A stretch of 64,000 nucleotides of DNA. Origin: a virus. Each line of letters opens with the position of its first letter. Within the stretch, counting starts at the first letter, position 1. The stretch lies in the IMG/VR virus record IMGVR_UViG_3300005613_000044, positions 1-64,000 of that record. The stretch is one strand, 5' to 3'. This document shows positions 48,647 to 56,877 of this stretch, piece by piece. Both the position numbers and the translations under genes were made by a program. Under the pieces are notes generated by a model. It worked only from the letters and a program-made list of their open reading frames with translations. It made no database searches and had not been told where the DNA came from.

Positions 48647-50940
48647 CTAACGGTACAAAAGTTGTTAAGAGAAATGGTAATATTCAGTCTCTTGACCTGG
48701 ATAAGATGCACTTGATGGTTTCGGAGGCTTGTAGGGGTCTTGCAGGGGTCTCTGCAAGTCAAGTAGAGATGACTTCTGGTATTCAGTTTTATGATGGAAT
48801 TACCACGAGAGAAATTCAGGAGATCTTGATTAAGAGTGCGAGTGATCTGATTGATCTGGAACATCCAAATTATCAATATGTTGCTGCTCGACTTCTCTTG
48901 TTTTCTCTGAGAAAACAACTTTATGGTGTTATGAGAGATCATCCTTCACTTGTTGATCATATTCAAAAACTTTGTTATGATAACATTTATGATAAGGAAA
49001 TATTTTCCAAATATTCTTTGGAAGAAATTGAAAAGGTAGAATCTTTTATTGATCATGATCGTGACTACCTGTTCACATATGCGGGATTACGGCAGGTATC
49101 CGATAAATACTTAGTGCAGGATAGGAGCACTGGAGAGGTTTACGAAACTCCTCAGTTCATGTACATCATGATTGCTCTGACTATTTTTCAAGAGTATCCT
49201 AAGGAGACAAGACTTTTTTACGTTAAGAAGTATTATGACGCAATCTCCAAACATAAACTCAACATCCCGACACCAATCATGGCAGGGGTCAGAACACCCC
49301 TTCGTCAATTTGCATCTTGTGTTCTCGTTGATGTTGATGACACCCTCGATAGTATCTTTAGCAGTGATATGGCTATTGGTAGGTATGTCGCACAGAGGGC
49401 TGGTATCGGCATTAACGCTGGCAGAATCCGTGGTATCAACAGCAAAATACGAGGTGGCGAGGTACAACATACAGGTGTGGTCCCCTTCCTTAAAAAGTTT
49501 GAATCAACTGTCCGATGCTGTACACAAAACGGCATCAGAGGTGGTTCTGCTACAGTTCACTTTCCTATCTGGCACAAAGAGATAGAGGACATTCTTGTTC
49601 TTAAAAACAACAAAGGAACTGAAGATAACCGAGTTCGTAAACTAGATTATAGTATTCAAATCAGTAAACTCTTCTATGAACGTTTCATCCAAAACGGAGA
49701 AGTCTCACTCTTCTCTCCACACGATGTTCCTGGTTTGTATGATGCTTTTGGTACTGATCGATTTGATGAGTTGTATGTGGCTTATGAACGAACTGAGTCT
49801 ATTCCAAGAAAGACTATCGGAGCTCAAGAACTCATTCTGGACCTTCTGAAAGAAAGAGCAGAAACAGGTCGAATTTATATCATGAATATCGATCATTGTA
49901 ACTCTCACTCCTCCTTTAAGGATAAGGTTTATATGAGTAACCTCTGTCAAGAAATTACATTACCGACTCATCCTCTTCAACATATTGATGATGAATATGG
50001 AGAGATTGCACTTTGTATTCTTTCTGCTATTAATGTTGGTAAGGTCAAGTCTGATGAAGAACTGGAAGAACTTTGTGATCTTTCTGTTCGTAGTCTCGAA
50101 GAACTCATCGACTATCAAGAGTATCCTGTAAAGTCTGCAGAACTTGCCACAAAGGCTCGTAGGTCTCTTGGAGTAGGTTTTATTGGTTTAGCTCATTATT
50201 TGGCTAAATTGGGATATAGTTATGAATCTCAAGAGGCATGGGATGCTGTTCATGGACTTTCTGAGTCTTTCCAATATTATCTTTTGAAATCCTCTAACCA
50301 AATTGCTAAGGAAAAAGGTCATTGTGAATACTTTGGTAGAACCAAGTATTCTGATGGTATTCTTCCCATTGATACATATAAAAAAGATGTAGACGAACTT
50401 TGCTCACAGGATTTGAAACATGATTGGGAAGGTCTTAGAGAATCTATCTTGGAACACGGTCTTAGGCACTCAACACTGTCCGCACAGATGCCATCAGAGA
50501 GCAGTTCCGTTGTTTCAAATGCAACCAACGGAATCGAACCACCTAGAGACTACCTGTCCATTAAAAAGTCGAAGAAAGGACCTCTTAAGCAGATTGTTCC
50601 ACAGTATAATACACTGAAGAATAACTACACTTTGTTGTGGGAAATGCAAAGCAATAGAGGTTATATTAATATTGTTGCTGTGATTCAAAAGTTTTTCGAT
50701 CAAGCTATTAGTGGTAACTGGAGTTATAACCCTGAAAATTATCCAGATAATGAGGTTCCAGTCTCACAAATGGCAAATGATTTTCTAACTACATATAAGT
50801 ATGGGTGGAAGACTTCCTACTATCAGAATACTTACGATATTAAAACTGATGAAGTTGTTGAAGAGAAGTCAGATTTACAAAACCTATTAGAGGAATTAGA
50901 AAACACAGAGGAGGAAGCTTGTGACAGCTGTTCAATTTAA
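48643..50940 (+). CDS. nrdA: Ribonucleotide reductase class Ia alpha subunit
   Basis: ATP cone VVKRNG, QFASC, SNLCQEI, C-terminal CDSC. Confidence 0.97.
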   Translation: MTNGTKVVKRNGNIQSLDLDKMHLMVSEACRGLAGVSASQVEMTSGIQFYDGITTREIQEILIKSASDLIDLEHPNYQYVAARLLLFSLRKQLYGVMRDHPSLVDHIQKLCYDNIYDKEIFSKYSLEEIEKVESFIDHDRDYLFTYAGLRQVSDKYLVQDRSTGEVYETPQFMYIMIALTIFQEYPKETRLFYVKKYYDAISKHKLNIPTPIMAGVRTPLRQFASCVLVDVDDTLDSIFSSDMAIGRYVAQRAGIGINAGRIRGINSKIRGGEVQHTGVVPFLKKFESTVRCCTQNGIRGGSATVHFPIWHKEIEDILVLKNNKGTEDNRVRKLDYSIQISKLFYERFIQNGEVSLFSPHDVPGLYDAFGTDRFDELYVAYERTESIPRKTIGAQELILDLLKERAETGRIYIMNIDHCNSHSSFKDKVYMSNLCQEITLPTHPLQHIDDEYGEIALCILSAINVGKVKSDEELEELCDLSVRSLEELIDYQEYPVKSAELATKARRSLGVGFIGLAHYLAKLGYSYESQEAWDAVHGLSESFQYYLLKSSNQIAKEKGHCEYFGRTKYSDGILPIDTYKKDVDELCSQDLKHDWEGLRESILEHGLRHSTLSAQMPSESSSVVSNATNGIEPPRDYLSIKKSKKGPLKQIVPQYNTLKNNYTLLWEMQSNRGYINIVAVIQKFFDQAISGNWSYNPENYPDNEVPVSQMANDFLTTYKYGWKTSYYQNTYDIKTDEVVEEKSDLQNLLEELENTEEEACDSCSI

Positions 50941-52117
50941 GGTTCCATTTTTTGATGATAGTAATAAAAATACTAATGTGAAAGGAATGACAGTATTTAA
51001 CTCCGATTCTTATGATGTTAAAAAACAACCAATGTTTTTTGGTAGACCATTAGGAATTCAAAGATATGATTCTTACAAGTATCCTGTTTTTGATAAACTA
51101 ACTAACCAACAACTTGGGTACTTCTGGAGACCAGAAGAAGTTTCATTACAGAAAGATCGTGGAGATTATCAAACACTTCGTCCTGAACAAAAACATATCT
51201 ATACAAGTAACCTCAAATATCAGATTATGCTTGACTCCATACAAGGGCGTGGTCCTGGGATGGCTTTTATACCTTATTGCAGCCTACCCGAGTTAGAAGC
51301 GTGTATGGAAGTTTGGGGGTTCATGGAAATGATCCATAGTCGTTCTTATACTTATATCATTAAGAACGTCTATGCAGATCCCTCTGAAGTCTTTGATACT
51401 ATTATTACTGATGAGAGAATTCTGGAACGTGCTAGTAGCGTTACAGAATCTTATGACAATTTTATCCAAACAGCTCAAAATTATTCAAGTGGTAATGATT
51501 GGATTCATCGTTTAGAAGATGTTACACACGCACAACAATCATTAAAAGATGTCAAACGAAAATTATACAGGGCAGTCGCCAACGTTAACATTCTTGAAGG
51601 TATTAGGTTCTACGTTAGTTTTGCTTGTAGTTTCGCCTTCGGTGAACTTAAGCTTATGGAAGGATCAGCTAAAATCATCTCTCTCATCGCAAGAGACGAA
51701 AATCAACACTTAGCAATCACTCAGAACATTCTGAACAAGTGGAAGAATGGTGATGATCCTGAAATGAAACAGATCATGAAAGAAGAGGAAGAGTGGACTT
51801 ATAAGATGTTTGATCGTGCTGTAAATGAGGAGAAACGTTGGGCAGATTATCTGTTCAAAGATGGAAGTATGATTGGTCTAAATGACAAACTTCTTCAACA
51901 ATATGTTGAATGGGTAGCTAATCGTAGGTTGAAGGCCATTGGTCTTAAACCAGTATATGATATTTCTGCTAAGAATAATCCACTCCCTTGGACACAACAT
52001 TGGATCTCTTCTAAGGGATTACAGGTTGCACCACAAGAGACTGAGGTTGAAAGTTATGTAGTTGGTGGTATTAAACAAGATGTCAAAAAAGATACCTTTT
52101 CAGGATTTCAGTTATGA
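50921..52117 (+). CDS. nrdB: Ribonucleotide reductase beta subunit
   Basis: FWRPEE, EMIHSRSY, LEGIRFY, RDENQH, QVAPQETE. Confidence 0.97.
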   Translation: MTAVQFKVPFFDDSNKNTNVKGMTVFNSDSYDVKKQPMFFGRPLGIQRYDSYKYPVFDKLTNQQLGYFWRPEEVSLQKDRGDYQTLRPEQKHIYTSNLKYQIMLDSIQGRGPGMAFIPYCSLPELEACMEVWGFMEMIHSRSYTYIIKNVYADPSEVFDTIITDERILERASSVTESYDNFIQTAQNYSSGNDWIHRLEDVTHAQQSLKDVKRKLYRAVANVNILEGIRFYVSFACSFAFGELKLMEGSAKIISLIARDENQHLAITQNILNKWKNGDDPEMKQIMKEEEEWTYKMFDRAVNEEKRWADYLFKDGSMIGLNDKLLQQYVEWVANRRLKAIGLKPVYDISAKNNPLPWTQHWISSKGLQVAPQETEVESYVVGGIKQDVKKDTFSGFQL

Positions 52118-52532
52118 ATTTGAGGTAGTTTTCGACAAAGAGAAGGAAACTACCATACAAAAAATTAAGAGGTGGATATCCAAGAGAAAACCACCTCTTA
52201 ATATTATTTTTATGCACTTATTTTCTTATGTGGAAATGTGGTATTGGGAGGGTAAACTAAAACAAACTATGTCTGATGTTGATAATCAGATAGAAGATTT
52301 ACATGAATTGTGGGACAATGAGCACTCCATCAAAAGAAATACTGCAGTGGAGATTGAACCATCTGAAGTTCCTCACCTTCCAACTCTTAGAATTAAAAAT
52401 GAAGTTGTTGATCGAGGATCTGAAGAACCTATTTCAAGCGTGGAAACTACAATTCCTAAAAATTTGTTTCCTGACCCATGGGATGGAGATTGGAATGATG
52501 GAGCATATATACATCTGGAAAGAAATAAATAA
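52080..52532 (+). CDS. Hypothetical protein
   Basis: ORF overlapping the end of nrdB; start uncertain. Confidence 0.5.
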   Translation: MSKKIPFQDFSYEFEVVFDKEKETTIQKIKRWISKRKPPLNIIFMHLFSYVEMWYWEGKLKQTMSDVDNQIEDLHELWDNEHSIKRNTAVEIEPSEVPHLPTLRIKNEVVDRGSEEPISSVETTIPKNLFPDPWDGDWNDGAYIHLERNK

Positions 52533-52552
52533 GGACATAATGTTATAATTAT

Positions 52553-53020
52553 GTGGAAAAGAGTAAAGATTATTCAAATCCTTGGACTTACATGGAACGA
52601 ACTTTTGATAGTATTGATGTTGGGGATTACTTTGGTTTTGTTTACCTCATTACCAATCTCACAAACCAACGACAGTACATTGGGAGAAAATACTTTTGGT
52701 CGTTTAGGACTCCTAAAGGAAAAAAGAGAAAAGTAAAACAAGAATCGGATTGGAAAAAATATTATGGATCTTGTCCAGAATTAAAGGAGGATGTGAAAAA
52801 ATTTGGAGAAGAGAACTTTAAAAGAGAAATTCTTTCTTTGCATGAAACTAAAGGGAGAACAAACTTTGAGGAGACTCGACAATTATTTGTAAATAATGTC
52901 TTGAGTGAATCTCTTGACAATGGGGAACCGAAGTATTATAATAGCAACATCCTCGGTCGTTACTACCGCAAGGATTACTTTGAGTCGTGTGAAGGATTAA
53001 ATCCTTGTGACGAATGTTGA
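52553..53020 (+). CDS. GIY-YIG family endonuclease
   Basis: GFVYLITN.....YIGRK, YYGS, YYN. Confidence 0.8.
   Translation: MEKSKDYSNPWTYMERTFDSIDVGDYFGFVYLITNLTNQRQYIGRKYFWSFRTPKGKKRKVKQESDWKKYYGSCPELKEDVKKFGEENFKREILSLHETKGRTNFEETRQLFVNNVLSESLDNGEPKYYNSNILGRYYRKDYFESCEGLNPCDEC
52914..52942 (+). promoter_or_regulatory. Consensus sigma70 promoter upstream of the lysozyme gene
   Basis: TTGACA-N17-TATAAT. Confidence 0.7.
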
Positions 53021-53649
53021 GTTCTATGAATTACGTGTTTACTAAGTTTCTACCACTTGCTTTGGTATCTATTATTCCTGCTGCTTGTGCTTATCCAAGT
53101 ATCAGTGAGATCAAAAACCCACCTGAAGTTGATGTAACTGTCAACATGGAGAAGACAGTTCCTATTGAGGTGGTAGAATATAAGGAACCAACATGGAAGT
53201 GTCCTGATTGCACACCAAATGAAAAGTATGTCCTTGCACAACTCCAAGAACACACCAAGATCTCCGATCGTAATGCTCTCGCAACGATTATGGGTAACAT
53301 TAAACAAGAGAGCAAATTCATTTCCAACATATGCGAGGGAGGGGCTAGAGTTCCTTACAACTCTTGCCATCGTGGGGGTTATGGTCTTATTCAATGGACC
53401 ACAGTAGGACGTTATAATGGTCTTGGTAAGTTTTGTTCTAAATATGGTTGTGATCCAAGCAGTTTAGAAGGTCAAACTCGCTGGATGATTAACGAACCTA
53501 TCTTCCAGAAGTATCTTCCTATGTTTGAAGGACCTGGACAAACAGTTAGACAATATATGGTCCCAGCATACTACTGGTTGGGGTGGGGTATCAAAGGCAA
53601 CAGAGAAGTCTACGCTTGGGACTACACTAAAAGAATCATCCTAGCTTGA
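53014..53649 (+). CDS. Phage lysozyme-like muralytic enzyme with N-terminal signal
   Basis: IMGNIKQES, GYGLIQWT...R; hydrophobic N-terminus ending in PAAC; start uncertain. Confidence 0.75.
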   Translation: MLSSMNYVFTKFLPLALVSIIPAACAYPSISEIKNPPEVDVTVNMEKTVPIEVVEYKEPTWKCPDCTPNEKYVLAQLQEHTKISDRNALATIMGNIKQESKFISNICEGGARVPYNSCHRGGYGLIQWTTVGRYNGLGKFCSKYGCDPSSLEGQTRWMINEPIFQKYLPMFEGPGQTVRQYMVPAYYWLGWGIKGNREVYAWDYTKRIILA

Positions 53650-53674
53650 CGAAGATGTCCACATATCTTATAAT
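53646..53674 (+). promoter_or_regulatory. Sigma70 promoter of the tRNA cluster
   Basis: TTGACG-N17-TATAAT, 14 nt before tRNA-Arg. Confidence 0.8.
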
Positions 53675-53688
53675 ATGTGGGTATTCAA

Positions 53689-53762
53689 GACTCAGTAGCT
53701 CAGTGGAATAGAGCATCGCTCTTCTAAAGCGTTGGTCGTAGGTTCGAATCCTACCTGAGTCG
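53689..53762 (+). tRNA. tRNA-Arg(UCU)
   Basis: Acceptor gactcag/ctgagtc, anticodon loop CTTCTAA, T loop TTCGAAT. Confidence 0.93.
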
Positions 53763-53764
53763 TT

Positions 53765-53887
53765 ACGGATTGGCGACATCCGTGCTCACATCTCCGAGAG
53801 AAAAAGAATCGGAACACCAACCCATGTGAGAGAGAGGTGGGATCCCTCTTGAGCCCGTCAGTGTTATTCTGCAGGATAATATTGACG
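53765..53887 (+). ncRNA. Multi-stem structured RNA between tRNAs (manA-motif-like)
   Basis: Stems acggat/atccgt, ctcacat/atgtgag enclosing ccga/tcgg, agagg/cctct and a long cgtca...tgacg hairpin; family assignment is from recall only. Confidence 0.6.
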
Positions 53888-53897
53888 TATTCTTATT

Positions 53898-53968
53898 GCC
53901 TCTAAAGCATTGTGGTGATGCAGCTGTTTTGTAAGCAGCAGAGGTTGGTTCAATTCCGACTAGAGGCT
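53898..53968 (+). tRNA. tRNA-Thr(UGU), non-canonical core
   Basis: Acceptor gcctcta/tagaggc, anticodon loop TTTGTAA, T loop TTCAATT; A8 and U14. Confidence 0.85.
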
Positions 53969-53972
53969 CCTT

Positions 53973-54044
53973 GCGAGATTAGTTCAGTGGTAGAACGCCA
54001 TCCTTCCAAGTTGGATGTCACCGGTTCGAATCCGGTATCTCGCT
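53973..54044 (+). tRNA. tRNA-Gly(UCC)
   Basis: Acceptor gcgagat/atctcgc, anticodon loop CTTCCAA. Confidence 0.93.
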
Positions 54045-54077
54045 TTTCCTTTTCTTAAGGAATAAATGGATGATTGT

Positions 54078-54149
54078 GGGTGAATAACTCAGCGGTAGAG
54101 TGTCTCGTTTACACCGAGGTTGTCGGGGGTTCGATCCCCTCTTCACCCA
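54078..54149 (+). tRNA. tRNA-Val(UAC)
   Basis: Acceptor gggtgaa/ttcaccc, anticodon loop TTTACAC. Confidence 0.93.
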
Positions 54150-54167
54150 TTTGCAATAATAATTAAT

Positions 54168-54392
54168 ATGAAAAATAAAAAGTTCCGTAAAATGATTCAA
54201 AAACCTTTAAGGTTTCATCATCAAGACATTCATGAGGAATTGGAAGAAATAAAGGAGATGTTGAAAGATGTTATCTTACAGATGCAAACAATGCAACAAA
54301 GAGTTGACCAGCAACACGAAAATACAATGTTGCGGTTGTCCGAACATGATGACAATCACGGAGAACAAAGTTTCAGCCTTGGATCTAAGTGA
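54168..54392 (+). CDS. Hypothetical protein
   Basis: MKNKKFRKMIQKPLRFHHQDIHEEL; start moved downstream of tRNA-Val. Confidence 0.4.
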   Translation: MKNKKFRKMIQKPLRFHHQDIHEELEEIKEMLKDVILQMQTMQQRVDQQHENTMLRLSEHDDNHGEQSFSLGSK

Positions 54393-54516
54393 AGTAATAT
54401 TACTAAATTCTAAAAAGATTGTAAATAATCATGATGTCCTGACAAAAAATGATTTAGAATATCAGGAGAACAGAAGAAAACGTAAAATTCGTAAATTAGA
54501 CTTCGAGGTACGATAA
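54268..54516 (+). CDS. Small zinc-ribbon hypothetical protein
   Basis: RCKQC...CCGCPN; AAGGAG SD-like site upstream. Confidence 0.6.
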   Translation: MLSYRCKQCNKELTSNTKIQCCGCPNMMTITENKVSALDLSEVILLNSKKIVNNHDVLTKNDLEYQENRRKRKIRKLDFEVR

Positions 54517-54713
54517 TGATTAATCTGGATACTCGATATCATGACTACTTACATACTAATAAATGTTTTAATATTAATGGCAAATGTGAAAAAGTAGTTG
54601 GGTATGGGTGGACAGATGATGGAAAAGACATTACTGGTTACTATGTCTTGACAAAAAACTACAAATTACATTATAATCTTAAAGAAGAGTTCCGACAAAT
54701 GGAAGAACTCTAA
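54516..54713 (+). CDS. Hypothetical protein
   Basis: Coupled ORF; contains TTGACA-N18-TATAAT (54648-54677) upstream of the next tRNAs. Confidence 0.55.
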   Translation: MINLDTRYHDYLHTNKCFNINGKCEKVVGYGWTDDGKDITGYYVLTKNYKLHYNLKEEFRQMEEL

Positions 54714-54716
54714 TAT

Positions 54717-54804
54717 GGAAGAGTGGCCGAGTGGTTTAAGGCGTTTGTCTTGAAAACAAAAGTAGGTAACACTACCGGAGGTTCGAATCCTCTCTCTTCC
54801 GCCA
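54717..54804 (+). tRNA. tRNA-Ser(UGA) with encoded CCA
   Basis: Acceptor ggaagag/ctcttcc, anticodon loop CTTGAAA, long variable arm. Confidence 0.93.
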
Positions 54805-54878
54805 CGGAATGTAGCTCAGTTTGGTAGAGCACTGCTTTTGGGAAGCAGGAGTCGCACGTTCGAATCGTGTCATTCCGA
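54805..54878 (+). tRNA. tRNA-Pro(UGG)
   Basis: Acceptor cggaatg/cattccg, anticodon loop TTTGGGA. Confidence 0.93.
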
Positions 54879-54924
54879 CTAGGATTTAAATCCTTAACAC
54901 TTATACGAATTGGAAATTTGTTCA

Positions 54925-55572
54925 ATGAAAATCTTTTTGGACACCGCTGATTACAACGCCATTGCCGAACGTTATGCTACTGGTTTGGTAGATGGTATTA
55001 CAACTAACCCGACACTAGTTCGTAAGTCTGGTGTGAATTATCTTGATTTTATCAAGACACTAGCGAATGATTTTGCTTTTGAAAGTATCTCTGCTGAAGT
55101 CGATGGTGAGACTTATGATGTGATGCTCGAAAATGCAAATCAGTTCCTTAATATTGATCCTTCTATTACTATTAAACTGCCTCTCACTAAGGAAGGTTTA
55201 ATTGCTTGTCGTGATCTTGCTTTGGGTGGTATCAAGACTAATGTCACCCTCTGTTTCTCTGCTGCTCAGGCAGTGATGGCCGCTAAGGCAGGTGCCACAT
55301 ACATCTCCCCATTTGTGGGTCGTATGAACGATAATAGTTTTAGTGGAGTCGAACTGGTACGTGCTATCTCTGGTTTATACTGTACTCATGGTGTTGAGAC
55401 TAAAGTTCTTGCAGCATCTCTTCGTGATGTCCACCATGTTTCCCGTTGTCTGTTGTATGGTGCTAATGTTGTAACACTTCCTCCAGCAGTCTTTGATAAG
55501 ATGTATAATCATGTGTTGACAGACTCTGGTCTGGCAATTTTTGAAAAAGATTTCAAGGAAATTAATGGTTGA
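54925..55572 (+). CDS. talC: Transaldolase (TalC family), auxiliary metabolic gene
   Basis: MKIFLDTAD, GITTNPTL, IKLP, TNVTLCFS, YISPFVGR. Confidence 0.95.
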   Translation: MKIFLDTADYNAIAERYATGLVDGITTNPTLVRKSGVNYLDFIKTLANDFAFESISAEVDGETYDVMLENANQFLNIDPSITIKLPLTKEGLIACRDLALGGIKTNVTLCFSAAQAVMAAKAGATYISPFVGRMNDNSFSGVELVRAISGLYCTHGVETKVLAASLRDVHHVSRCLLYGANVVTLPPAVFDKMYNHVLTDSGLAIFEKDFKEING

Positions 55573-55628
55573 AAGGGGTTGACACACTTGAAAATTTGAT
55601 ATAGTATTCTCTTATACATACTCTAACT

Positions 55629-55802
55629 ATGGATTTTTACTCGGTGGAATATTGGGAAGAAAACTGGGAAACATTGATCGAAAGAGTTGAAAATGGAGAA
55701 CATATAGGAATTGAAAACAAAGATGGAAATAAAGCAGTTATGATACCTGCAGATGATGAACTGGTTCGAATACACACTGAGTTAAATAACGACGCTCAGT
55801 AG
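55629..55802 (+). CDS. 57-aa Phd/YefM antitoxin-like protein (not in the ORF track)
   Basis: MDFYSVEYWEENWETLIERVENGEHIGIENKDGNKAVMIP; TTGACA-N17-TAGTAT upstream (55579-55607). Confidence 0.6.
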   Translation: MDFYSVEYWEENWETLIERVENGEHIGIENKDGNKAVMIPADDELVRIHTELNNDAQ

Positions 55803-55811
55803 TGTATTCAA

Positions 55812-55883
55812 GGGACTATCGCATATTGGTTAATGCCCATTCCTTATAAGAGTGTGAACCGGGTTCAATTCCCGGTAGTCCCA
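55812..55883 (+). tRNA. tRNA-Ile(UAU)
   Basis: Acceptor gggacta/tagtccc, anticodon loop CTTATAA, discriminator A. Confidence 0.88.
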
Positions 55884-55887
55884 CTTT

Positions 55888-55960
55888 GGAGGATTAGCAA
55901 TCTGGTGAATGCAGCAAACTCATAATTTGCCTAAGGCGAGTTCGATCCTCGCATCCTCTA
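55888..55960 (+). tRNA. tRNA with CAU anticodon (elongator Met or Ile2)
   Basis: Acceptor ggaggat/atcctct, anticodon loop CTCATAA; lacks the initiator GGG/CCC anticodon stem. Confidence 0.85.
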
Positions 55961-55990
55961 TTGACAGAACCCCTGTCAAACCCTTATAAT
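55961..55990 (+). promoter_or_regulatory. Sigma70 promoter with an embedded inverted repeat
   Basis: TTGACA-N18-TATAAT; ttgacag/ctgtcaa. Confidence 0.7.
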
Positions 55991-56012
55991 ACTAAGGTCA
56001 ACATTCAAGACA

Positions 56013-56228
56013 ATGACTATCACTTCTAAATTCAAAAAAGACATTTCTACCCTTCGTTCCGCAGTTGACGGAGACTTCTTTCTTGATGTAAAGAATCCGA
56101 AACTTTACAAAAAAGTTCGTAGGTTTTACGAAAATGGTGGAGTAGCTTTTTCTGGTGATCCTCTTGATGATTATGACATTCTTCTTGACTGTCTTGCTGA
56201 AGATCTGAAATCGTTTGAGGTTGCTTGA
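56013..56228 (+). CDS. Hypothetical protein
   Basis: 71-aa ORF after a promoter. Confidence 0.65.
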   Translation: MTITSKFKKDISTLRSAVDGDFFLDVKNPKLYKKVRRFYENGGVAFSGDPLDDYDILLDCLAEDLKSFEVA

Positions 56229-56230
56229 AC

Positions 56231-56464
56231 ATGAAAGTTCTTCTTGAAAGATTTCCTTATCGTTATGTTGAGAGTGGTGTTCTAGAGAATGGAAACCCAG
56301 ATTATCGTATTCAAAAAGCAAATGAATATACTAATCGTTACTCTGACATGTACCTTCTTGACAATCAGATGCAACTTCTGACTGCTATGGAAGACTTTGA
56401 ATATACGAAATGGCTTGATCCAGATCGTATCCCATGTTATATCAGGGATAAAGTTTCTAAATAA
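56231..56464 (+). CDS. Hypothetical protein
   Basis: MKVLLERFPYRYV; GAGG SD-like site. Confidence 0.65.
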   Translation: MKVLLERFPYRYVESGVLENGNPDYRIQKANEYTNRYSDMYLLDNQMQLLTAMEDFEYTKWLDPDRIPCYIRDKVSK

Positions 56465-56484
56465 ATCTAGAATTGGAAATTTTC

Positions 56485-56769
56485 ATGGCAACAACAAGAA
56501 GAAAATCTTCTACAACTTCTGAAAGTGGGGCATATATGTCTCAGTATGATCAAGAAGTAGAACAGAGACTGAAAGTTATTGAGGCAAAACTTGAAGAACT
56601 TTCAAAACTGAAAGTTATTGAGTCAAAACTTGAAGAACTTTCAAATCAAAAATCAGAATCTTCAACTTCAGATACTTCTGAATTAGAAAAAAAGTTTGAT
56701 GTTTTGATTAAAGCTCTTAAGAAAACCCCTTCCCTAAATATTGGAAAACTTTCAAAAGGTCTTCTTTGA
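56485..56769 (+). CDS. Coiled-coil hypothetical protein with an internal duplication
   Basis: MATTRRK start after CTAAATA at 56457. Confidence 0.6.
   Translation: MATTRRKSSTTSESGAYMSQYDQEVEQRLKVIEAKLEELSKLKVIESKLEELSNQKSESSTSDTSELEKKFDVLIKALKKTPSLNIGKLSKGLL
56568..56645 (+). repeat. 39-bp in-frame tandem duplication
   Basis: actgaaagttattgag(g/t)caaaacttgaagaactttcaaa, two copies with one mismatch. Confidence 0.9.
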
Positions 56770-56870
56770 ATCTCGGAAAGATTTAAAACCTGCCCTGGTC
56801 GGTGAAGGATCCCCTTCAATCCCGAAGTCATGGAGAGACTTTAAAAATCCTGGTGGAGTCATTATGACCC
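56768..56870 (+). ncRNA. Two similar structured RNA units upstream of the wcaG-like RNA
   Basis: Each unit is a hairpin with a GGA loop, then UAAAA, CCUGGU(C)GG and a second hairpin. Confidence 0.55.
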
Positions 56871-56877
56871 TATTAAT

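Noticed and set aside
6012-52117. Introns or inteins in gp17, uvsW, gp41, nrdA and nrdB
   Set aside because: ORFs are continuous and of ordinary length with expected motif spacing
54120-54167. Track start of the 90-aa ORF and other extended TTG/GTG starts (28593, 36951, 48631, 54910)
   Set aside because: They overlap tRNAs or upstream genes, or precede the family-typical N-terminus; downstream ATGs fit better
54717-54804. Selenocysteine or suppressor tRNA
   Set aside because: The anticodon is UGA (reads UCA, serine), not UCA; the fold is an ordinary type II tRNA
26436-55572. Auxiliary genes cobS, speD, hsp20, mazG, 2OG oxygenase and talC as novelties
   Set aside because: Routinely found in T4-like cyanophages; listed as features only
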